Shown piece after piece: positions 9,753 to 19,319 of a DNA stretch of 42,267 nucleotides (position 1 is its first letter; each line of letters opens with the position of its first letter). This DNA comes from Macrostomum lignano (lineage: Eukaryota), in assembly GCA_002269645.1 (NCBI GenBank), contig NIVC01004550.1, positions 1 to 42,267 on the forward strand, in the 5' to 3' direction. Both the position numbers and the translations under genes were made by a program. Under the pieces are notes generated by a model. The model was not told the origin of the DNA. It saw only the letters and a list, made by a program, of their open reading frames with translations, and did no database searches.

Positions 9753-11327
9753 CGGCCCCTCTACCCTGTTTATGTGGTATATAGTGCTCATGCCTGGCCC
9801 AGCCAGCTCCCCGCGTTTGCGCCCCGCGCCTACTTCTTCAAACTAAACTAGAGATACTCAAACGAGCCGTATCGACGGTCTCTTACTGCGAAGACTCAAT
9901 TTATTGCATGCGAGCCGTGTCTAGACGGTCTTTTACTTCGAGGACTCAATTGATTGCTAGCAAAATAAAGCAGTCAAGTGGTGGCGATATTCGAACGAGC
10001 TCCACAGTTTCTGGCACCGGTAAGAGCCCCGAGTTCATTCGCTTCCTTAGCTTTTCTGAGGCCTTGCCGTAGCAGTGGTTTGATAGCTAGAGCGTCATCA
10101 CGCCAGCGACTGTGACCACTGCAGCACAGCAGCGTTGTATATTGTGTATTATTGTAGTACTGTACCGGTTACTTTATATAGTGTGTACAACCTACAGTGT
10201 CGAAACTAGAAGCACTCGAGAGTGTCGCCACACCTCGAGCCGCAGCGTGAACTCTGAGTGTCACAACACCAGAGGGATCGACCCATTATCGCAGAGCGTC
10301 GTCACGCCTGCTCGTATCCATAAAAGCACAGGCAGAGCGTCACTACGCCTGTCGTATTACGTATAAAATATTGTACTCGGGACTGTGCACCCAAACCGAC
10401 CCGGGTTACGACAAAAATTATACTCTTTCTGAAGATCTTTTAAACGCTTGGTCCTAACTTTCAACCAAACTAATAGACTTCGAAATACGGAAGCGCAGAA
10501 GCATAGTAGAAAGCTTCTCGATTAGTCTCTTTTTTAAATGTCAAATAGGTCAAATGAGGAGAGTCAATGAGTAAATGTGTGCTTGATTTATAACAATTTC
10601 TTCCAAGAGACTGAATATCTGACAGTAGTTGCAGCTGAGACTGCTCACAGAATAGGTATAGTTTCAGGGCCCTGATCAGGCAAGGTCCGACCACCAGCAC
10701 AATGGGTTGTTCAATGCCTGTCTGCACTTGTACCAGCTTTGTAGAGAACTGTTAAAATCATGCCATAATGTGCTACTTAAGGGTAACACTGTAAGAAAGT
10801 CAATTTAAATCTGCCACCTATTTTTTAAAATAGATCATGGGCAAACAGAGTGACTCAGAACCCTACAGAGGACCAACGTTTGTTTGTTCAAGGAACCGGA
10901 TTTCAACAGCTATATTGGCTTAACCCCACATATGGTAATGCTTTAATGCTCACCTACACCCTTCAAGACCAAGACGTCTGACCAAGCAAGTTATCTGATT
11001 TTGCATATACCTCGGCACTTGTCCCCCAGTGTCTACGCTCGTAGAAGTGGGAGTTTTTGAGTGACTGATCACCACTCTTAAATTCTTCAGCCTGCAAGCT
11101 TGCTGAAAAAGATTAATTTAGAAGCAAACATATGCATTGTTTAACTGCGAGCGTAGTATCAAATTATGGGTTATAAATGTAAGCATCAGTATAGCATATT
11201 AAATAGCACTACACAGAAGTAGAATTGGCTATAACTTAGCAACTCCAGTCCAAGTGGGAAGATTTTTTTAAAACAGAACCTCTCAGCCAGAGCGATCGAC
11301 TAAATTTTAGTTTGCATAGCCTGCAGA

Positions 11328-11600
11328 GAAGGGATTGTAGCCTAGTGGTTAGAGCGACGACTCACGAATTGAAGGTCGGGAGTTCGATTCCCGATCACAC
11401 TGGAACAGTTTGTGTCCAAGACACTGAACTCTGCATTGCTTCAGTTCACCCTGCAGTAAAATGGGTGCCAGCAGTCGCTGGGTAATTGAGGCTGTGTGTG
11501 GCGACCCCCCAGTCCTTCGACTGAACAGCCGTACGCAGCCATCAGATGCGCTGAGCTGTCGGTTGCACATCTGGCCCAATTGGGGCAGGTGTAATAAAAA
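11328..11600 (+). mobile_element. tRNA-derived SINE (CORE-like central domain), copy 1
   Basis: tRNA-like head with A box TAGCCTAGTGG and B box AGTTCGATTCC; central TGTGTCCAAGACACTGAAC...GTAAAATGGGT resembling the CORE domain; AATAAAAA tail; 10-bp TSD AGCCTGCAGA at 11318-11327 and 11601-11610; second copy at 26488-26802. Confidence 0.85.
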
Positions 11601-12134
11601 AGCCTGCAGAATCGTCTTCCAGATCCTATCAGTAGCACAGCTACATGTATAAATCTCCATCATAAATAAGGTATTGCTTAGAGCATACTGGTCCTATGAG
11701 TCTCCTCTAGTGAGACATGCACTCTCCCTGATTTCTGTGGTCTAGTGGCTAATGTCTGCATTTTGACGCTATATTTTGTTTATATGCTTGCAACTGCTGG
11801 ATCTGGGAAGAGAGGCTCATGGTGGGGAGAGGATTCGGGAGTGTCCTCGCGTTGCCCGTGCCCCGTACGTTGCTCTCTGTCCCCCACGCGCCCCGCCCAC
11901 AACTAACCACACGCCTCACTGTACGGTCCTGTTCCAGGTCCACTGTACGGTCCACTGTACATCCGTGGCTACCTACCCCTGCACACTGCATACTGATGGA
12001 TGGTGAAGAGATGGGGTGAGATGTGGGGTGAGAAATGGAGAGGCAGGGTGAGCGTTAGGGGGAGAGGTAGGGGGCGCCTGGGGTCATACATATCGGCGCT
12101 CGTGCTGTGGCTCTTGTTTAATTCACCGCTCCCA

Positions 12135-12520
12135 TGAGGAGAGGAAATGAAAAATGGAACAGATCAGCGTTAACACAACTGCCCTAGTCTGTAAGATTCA
12201 TATTATAACGGAGCCAAATTGCATCAATTTTTTAATCCACGCTCTGGACGTCCGCTATGCGTCTGTTGGGCTTGACTTTGATGCATTGAAGCCCAGAAAT
12301 GCTGGGAAGACACTGGCCCACACGGCAATTTTATAAATAGAACCAGCATCTATTCCTTTGTCCACAGTTTCCTCTGTTCCAGCTGCTTCTTTTTTGCCAA
12401 TCCCAATCACCATCCTCGCGCTGTGGTTCCTGCTTAATTCACAACTGTCCTGCTCTGCTCCGTCAAAATCGATAATATACCGGAGCTGCATAGAGTCAAT
12501 TTAAATTTTCCAAAGCTAAA
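12135..12520 (+). repeat. ~390-bp segment with an inverted copy at ~21700-22085
   Basis: For example TTATAAATAGAACCAGCA..ATTCCTTTGTCCACAGTTTCCTCTGTTCCAGCTGCTT is the reverse complement of 21839-21895. Confidence 0.85.
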
Positions 12521-13491
12521 AAGTAGGCTATGTGGCGTAGAATTTGAAGCTTAATCCCACTCACTGCATTTATGGACAGGGCCAAGTTAATTTGCCTTTC
12601 TTCTTCAGTTCGTTATTTTGTATATAATTGCTTTAACTTAACACGAAGCGTGGATATTTTGCACATAAAATACGCTGCTCCGAGCAAAAAGCAAACCTCA
12701 ATACAAGTTGCTCATTGTTGTTAAAGTACAACCTAGCTGTTCATTATAATGATTCGCTGTGTACACTTTTATTTCTATTTTCAGAGGCCATTTGGAGCAA
12801 GAATTTGGTCTCGCGCTTTCCGGACGCATAAAATACTCTCTAATATTTTTTAGAGCCGCCTTATAATATGCAGAGTTGTAGTAGCTTAATGTAGCATCTT
12901 TAATTATTACTCCACACCTCGAAACCAGTGGTTTTTTAGTAAAACATCACATTTTTCTATTTGGGGCGAGAACTTTTGAATGTGCTGGGATTCCTTCCCT
13001 CACTGGTATTTGGATTTCATCTTGAGAGACATCTTGGATCATATTTAGCTATAGTAAAATAATAGCTTGTCGCTAGTCATATGTACTAAAAATGAAAATC
13101 TTGCTTGCTTGATTTTCCATAGCGTGATTCACTGGTAGACTAAAAAAGAAGCGAGTAAAAGTATGATGTTAGAATTAAAGATAAGATGCCATTGTTGATT
13201 TTGCAATTGCTTTGGGAATGATAAATATAGAGTTAATGGGATTGTGGAGGAAGTGAAAAACTTTGTACTAAAAGCCCCCCCCTATCCTGACAGCTATACT
13301 GTTCTGGGATGGTGTCCATAGAGACGAGGACAACAAATTCTATTCGCTGGATAGCCCAGCCAGCCAACAGGAAAATACAGCTGAGACATTATATTTAGAG
13401 CTGCAACTGCTCACTGGCTTAGCGACTTTCCTGGCTTAGAAGCATCTACCAATCTACCTCGACAACCAAGCCCTGCTGTCAGCGTCTTGGA

Positions 13492-13924
13492 ATGACACTT
13501 CACGAAGTTGCCATAACCTTGGCAGTGCTGATTTCATTCACCGACGGTACATCTTTTGTCTTCGACAAGAGGCCGGACCTGTGCCACAATGCTAGCACTG
13601 CAGCTGACGGTCCGCGCAAACTGCTGGGCGTTGCCGATCCTCGAGTGTGCGCTGTCGAATGCGCGAGCAACACGACTCTGTGCTCAGTGTATGAGTACTC
13701 GCCTAGCAACAGGTCATGCATTCTTGGAAACAGCTGCGACCTGCTGCTTTTCTGGCAACTCAGCGGCGGACCGGCCTGCAACACGCAGGTGCTGCGAGGC
13801 GCAGCAGACTGTGAGACTGCGTCAGTGACTCCAACTACGACTTCAATTCCGATTACGACTCCTACAACGACCACTACGACTCCGACTACAACGTATTCAA
13901 CTCCTGCTCCACTAGCACTAACAG
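13492..13924 (+). CDS. Secreted PAN/apple-mucin-glycine-rich protein, copy A, exon 1 (signal peptide, PAN/apple domain, short Thr-rich linker)
   Basis: MTLHEVAITLAVLISFTDG signal-like N-terminus; Cys pattern C...CAVEC.....LCSVYEY....SCIL of PAN/apple domains; TPTTT linker; donor ACAG|GTAAGC at 13925, phase 1. Confidence 0.8.
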
Positions 13925-14224
13925 GTAAGCATAAAAACAAGTTTACCGTACGGATGTATCTAACTTTCCAGCTTTTCCATGATGAACCACTGGTTTTGCA
14001 TCTGACATTAGTCCGATTAAGTGCGTAAAGAACAAGAAGGAATAGACTTGCAGAACCAAAAGGTGGTCGTCTGGTATTGTGGTTTGCAGGCGTTAACCTC
14101 ACATTTCTCACAAGAGGAGACTCAGAGGGCCTATATGCTCTAAGCAATAACTCTCGGCGGAGTTTTCTGGGTTTGTAGCATAAGGAGGGTTGCCAATTTT
14201 CTCCTTTGCGACATAAATTTTCAG

Positions 14225-14961
14225 TGCCAACCTCGGGTTCAAAAGAACATGGAACGCCGGTGACCTACACGCCCCCTGTGGACAATGCCTGCTATCGGTT
14301 CGAAGCGCGTGGCGCCAAAGGAGGTTCCGGAAGCGCAGCTGGTGGAAACGGGGCTATAAAAATTGCCCACTTTATCCTGAACAGCTCTCAAACGTTGACT
14401 ATTGTTGTCAGAAAATCCAGAAACGATGGCGATGGCGGCGGCGGCGGAGGCGGCACTTTCGTCTACACGAGTGGCGGCAGTCCCGTCCTGCTGCTGGCGG
14501 CCGGAGGAGGAGGCGGTGGAGGAGGCGTCAGTTCGGCTACAGGCAGCCCTGGAATCAGTTCGACCGGCGGCTGCTCCGGAAACGCGGGAAGCAACCCGTC
14601 CGGAAATAACTGTGGCGCCGGCGGTGCAGGATGGCAATCACCTGGAACTTCACCCGGAGGCAACCATTGTGGCTCAGTTGGAAGTAACTTGGCAGGAGGT
14701 GATGGTGGATCAGGAGGCGGCTTTGGTGGCTACGGTGGTGGAGGCGGTGGAGGCCGAACAAATGGAGCAAATAAGGCCGGAGGCGGCGGCGGCGGTGGCT
14801 ACTGCGGCGGCTCCGGCGGCGAATCGGGCAGTCCGGGTGGCGGCGGCTCCAGCTATGCAGCTTCTTCAGCTAAGCAAGTTTCAGGATCGGATGGAGGCAA
14901 CACCGAATCTGATGGCAAGGTAGACATATCTATCGTGAATGGCTCCTTCTGCACACCGTGA
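14225..14961 (+). CDS. Copy A, exon 2: ALK/LTK-type glycine-rich (TNF-like/polyglycine) domain, terminal
   Basis: Acceptor TTTTCAG (ends 14224) joins in frame (G+TG=Val). Motifs YRFEARGAKGG, AHFILNSSQTLTIVV, GGGGGGTFVY, LLLAAGGGGG, GGFGGYGGGGGG, GGGGGGYCGG and DGKVDI match the ALK/LTK ectodomain glycine-rich module. Stop TGA; spliced product 389 aa. Confidence 0.82.
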
Positions 14962-15610
14962 TCACCCGTTGAAAACGTTACCGGGACAGAATCGCTAAAA
15001 ACACATACAAACAACCCTATAGCGACTATTGTAAATTTTAGAACTGAAACAACTGTAATTCAACGTAGAGGCGACTGTGAAATCACAAGCGCGTCACGTG
15101 AGTGTTAGATTCTTATAAGAGTCGCGAAAGAGTCGCCCACAAGTCATTTTTTTCAATAAACGCTGTTGGAATGATAAAGGCGCGGATTTGAAGGAAAGAG
15201 TCAATTTTTGAAGACAATGTTTCGTCGTATGACAGGGACGAGTTAGCTTTCACATTTGATTTTCATTGATACATTTGTGCCGTCGTGTATTAGCATGTAT
15301 TACAGTCGTTAAGAATGCATGTTTGACAGCATTGGAGAAAGGCAGTTGAGTCACTGCTCGTTGGATATACCAGCAGAGGGTGAGGGTGTTTCAAAATTAA
15401 CGATAATTTTTTATAACTTTTGGCTGAAGGAACGTACGATCTCGTACATTTGTTCATATGTTATTCCTCTCGCGCTAGAATTTATTTTTAGAGTAAAAGT
15501 ATTGAATGTGTATGGACGTGGCTATATTCCTCTGTGACATTCTTTACGTTTTCATGGACAATAAGCTTTCTCCTGTTTCAACGCAAACGGATTTGATTCT
15601 AGATAGCTCC
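14962..15610 (+). repeat. Non-coding block 'R', copy 2 (3' of gene copy A)
   Basis: Colinear with 28689-29300 and partly with 8440-8890. Confidence 0.75.
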
Positions 15611-15628
15611 ATGTGCAAAGCCACTCTT

Positions 15629-15876
15629 TGCTGCTGGCCTGGAACAACAGGACCGCTCGGCGAATGCACTCCGACACGGCCGGCTCTGAGCAGCAGCCGC
15701 GGAGCAACCGAGAGCGACAGAGGTTGCTTGTTCGGATCAGCCTCATGCTGGTCTTCATCAACGTCTTCTTTCTGATCACGTCTCTACCGTGGAGCCTCGT
15801 CGCCCTACTTGAAGTCCCAAATCATAAAAATACTCAAACTCAACTCATTCATATTGATGATGCGGCACTTCAACTC
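15629..15876 (+). pseudogene. Internal GPCR fragment (ICL3-TM6-start of TM7)
   Basis: LLAWNNRTARRMHSDTAGSEQQPRSNRERQRLLVRISLMLVFINVFFLITSLPW is nearly identical to the 7319-8410 gene; no 5' or 3' remainder. Confidence 0.92.
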
Positions 15877-16541
15877 CACACTTCAACTCCAGTAGCAGAT
15901 TGGAGTCAGCCAGTCGATTAAAATGTTGTAAATTATCTTGTTATTTTTGGTGCATATGAGCGTAGAAGGCTGATAAATATTAATGCCGACAATATTTTTA
16001 TCATCGAATATCTTCAAACATAATAGTTTTTACCGGCTTAATCTACTAAATGAAAAACTCTCAGAACAGACTTTTCTACAGCCTGCTGATTAAATCTGTA
16101 AAGAAATCGAAAATTTATCTTAATAATCTTATTCCTTAAAATGTATTAGCATACTACTTTTACAAACTACTTGCTCAATCCTCTTATTGTTCAGTAGAGT
16201 TTATACTTTGAACAAGTTTTCTGTACGAGGCAAATGGAAAGCAGGCTGTATACTCAGACTTTTTCAGAGCTGGCGGAAAAACTATCTTGATTTTATTTAA
16301 CTCTGTCAATGAAAATCGTTAGTATAAAACTCTTCGCCGTTATAACCCACCCCGACTTCATCCTCAGTCTCAAACTGCAAAGCGATCTCACGGTCGAATC
16401 TATTCAATGCCTAAAACAACTTTCTTAACTTTCTTAACCAGTATTTCAAATATTGCATCCTGGTCTCAACGAAGTAGCTAGTAGACCATGCAGCATATCA
16501 TGCAGTTTGGAAGCTTTAAAAAGCATATTATCTGTACAGAG

Positions 16542-16678
16542 TAGGGGTGTTCGGGTTTTTTTCGGGTTCGGGTACCCCGAAACACTGACCCCGAACCCGA
16601 AACCCGACCCGGACCGAAACTCGACTTGACCCGACCCGACCCGACCCGACCCGACCCGACCCGACCCGACCCGACCCC
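16542..16678 (+). mobile_element. Possible orphan DNA-transposon terminus (hAT-like) with a (GACCC)10 run
   Basis: Begins TAGGGGTGTTCGGG (fits the YARNG terminal consensus), followed by clustered CGGGT/ACCCG motifs and GACCC repeats at 16628-16677. No partner end found. Confidence 0.4.
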
Positions 16679-17893
16679 AAACTTTCCCTGAACGGAGAAC
16701 GCTTCATCTCAGGCTTTCTGTGATGATCTTTTTTCCAAGAATGACGACTGAAGGAATTACTCGTCCTGAGGTACCTCTAGTAGTCTACTTCTCGTTCTCA
16801 TTTGCAGTCCTGACTCCTTAGCTCCTATTTTAGTAAGTACAGAGTTGATTAGGCTGCAAAGAAAACGATATACGCTTCAGCTATCAGTCTATCAAAAACA
16901 GTATTATCAAAATCAGTATTTCCGAAATCTTGGCACACCAGCCCGACATGGACTCCAACATTCAAAATCTTTCTTTTGCTGTTTAAATGAACAGTAGGAG
17001 TCAAATAAAAACTTGTACAGTATCAAAACTATTTGTATTTAAGTTCACTTACTATTAGAACCTCTATCATTTCATAAAAATGCTTGTGAAATAAGAAAAC
17101 CAAGTTTTAAACTAACAGAAAGCCAATGTATAATGTACAAGCATGATGAGTCATAGTACTTCACCATGGCAGCCCAGCAGACATTTTAGATGAACATGGA
17201 AGATTGGAGACATGGCACAACTGAAATGAAACCAATGTGAGATTAGTATAAATATATGATTCGTAAAGGACAACAAAATATAATCATTTTTGCATACAGT
17301 ATAGCAAGTTTTAAACGAGTTGCAAGGTTGCATATAATGACATAAGTACTTTCAGCACGTAGTTTTAACAAGTTAAAGCCATAATCAATTATAAACACAC
17401 CTATTCTGGAGCTTCTGAGGCTCAAATATAGTGCAGGCTCTTTAAAACAGTCGAGTAGAATGCTTTTCTGAAGACAAGTACCACTAAATACACGTTTGTA
17501 TACAGTTTGTCCCCGGGACAGAAGTGAGGTAAACTCGCTGTTGTCGGTGGCATCATTAGAGTCTGGTGCGTCAGGGGCAGAGATCAGACTCTCCTTTATT
17601 GTTAAATAGCCATAGGTGTAGTACAGGTACGCCTTCTCATCTTCCGTGATTTCGCTTATCCGTTCGGGAACTTTGTCCATCGTATCCATCCCAGAATCTG
17701 TCATTGAAACGATGCTTGATGCTATGGATACAACACCTCTGAGTTTAAATAACTGAAACTATGACTGTGACTATAGGATATGGTAAATGATAGGAAATGA
17801 TATCTCAACTACTACAGTTAAAGTACACCAGGTAGACAATCAAATCTACGCATGTGTGCGCCTCCTCAACTCGCTTCACTAATGGCAGACCGG

Positions 17894-19319
17894 TGTTATG
17901 GTTTAGAATCTCCGGGGGTCCGGTCAGTTTAGGGTCTCCCCTGGAGACTTCTAACGGTTATGGGTCTCCGGGGTAGGAGATCTGAAACCGTTTAAGGGTC
18001 TCCGGGGCATTTTCAGGTCTCCGCACCCGGAGATCTTAAACCAGTTTCTGATCTCCCCCCAGGAGACTCTAAACCAGTTTCAGCTCTCCGTCAGGGCCGC
18101 AAAAACAAAGTCCTGGTTTAGGATCTCCGGTTTCCGATCTCCCCCCCCCATTTGTGTAAAACCAATGGTCATGGTATTGAACGCGTACATGTATAAGAAG
18201 TGGAAAGGCATTTTTATCATCAAGGTAGCATTAGTTTTATATGTATATGCTCGCACAACTGTGTATTTAAATGGAAAACTGTTTACTGTTAAAGTAATGA
18301 AGTAAATGTCCGCTTAGTGAAAAACCGGTGATGCACTTTCAGCCGGTGCTTGGAGGAAGCATCTCTTGAGGTGTTTCCCATTGACACACCTGGTTAGTCC
18401 TCCTAGCCTGTACACGTTTTGACCAAGACACCTGGTCACGATGTAGACTTGCTGACTCCAAGGGTATCGCATCTTACCACCCTTCCGATCGTCCCTGCGA
18501 AGATTGCGAAGCCTAACTCTGTCCCCTCGCTTCAGATCCTGAACCCCAGCTGCTCCCACGGTGTGACCAGCTCGCACCTGTCACAAGACTCGACCACTGC
18601 CTTGGCAATCGGTGTGACGGGGAGGTCAGCATAGTATCGTGCAGTAAAAAGGCTCACTGTGCTGTTGACACCCACGTGACTTCCTTGCGAGTGAAGGCTG
18701 CGGATCTTATCCCGTACCTCTTCCTCTGTGAAAAGTACTCTGCGATGGTCTTCAGGCCGCATTCGCTGACTGTCGTCCTTATTAGTCACCCTGTGGTAAA
18801 GCGCTCCGTCATGGATGGAGAAACGCTTGCTTTTTTCTCTAATACGTCTTTTTAAGTTGGCCTTATCTTTGGCGTCCAATCTGGCTGGTACCTGCGTATA
18901 TTCATTGTTTAGGACGTAGAAAAATATTTGATTGAGCGAAGCCATCAAGCTTTGAAATGCAGAAATCGACGAAAATCACACAGCACAAACCTTTCTTATC
19001 ATCTGCCCAATATAAATGTTTACAGCGCTTCCCGCCACCCATAAAATATGAGTACAAAGCTGATCTCCAAAATGTGCAAAGCCTATTGAAAGTTACGCAA
19101 GACTGCTCACACTTTGGGGTGCCAATCTCGATGTACATAGAAGTAGCGATAATTTTCATATAGAAAAGAACCGCGGAGATCCTAACACGGCGGAGACCTG
19201 TAACTCTATCTTATGTTATGGTTTCCGATCTCCGTGTGGGCGATCTTAAAATGACACAATTTTCAGTTTGTGATCTCCGGGCCGGAGACCCTAAAACGCG
19301 GAGATCCTAAACTCTAACA
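17894..19319 (-). mobile_element. Ginger DNA transposon, internally deleted (non-autonomous) copy, 1426 bp
   Basis: TGTTA...TAACA termini; CCGG TSD at 17890-17893 and 19320-19323; many GGAGATC/GATCTCC subterminal repeats; both ends homologous to the 29984-35504 element. Confidence 0.92.
18314..18945 (-). pseudogene. Ginger integrase remnant: N-terminus plus H2C2 zinc finger fused out of frame to the C-terminal domain; DDE core deleted
   Basis: MASLNQIFFYVLNNEY...LHSQGSHVGVNSTV...CDRC, then KRGDRVRLRNLRRDDRKGGKMRYPW...VNGKHLK in another frame. Confidence 0.9.

Noticed and set aside
9750-10413. Solo LTR (TGTCG...CGACA termini, internal ~49-bp tandem duplication at 9864-9960)
   Set aside because: No target-site duplication, second copy, PBS or PPT; may still be an LTR fragment but cannot be supported.
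11331-11400. tRNA-Val(CAC)-like genes here and at 26730-26802
   Set aside because: Acceptor stems do not close; both continue into the same ~200-bp body and tail, and one has a TSD, so they are SINE heads.
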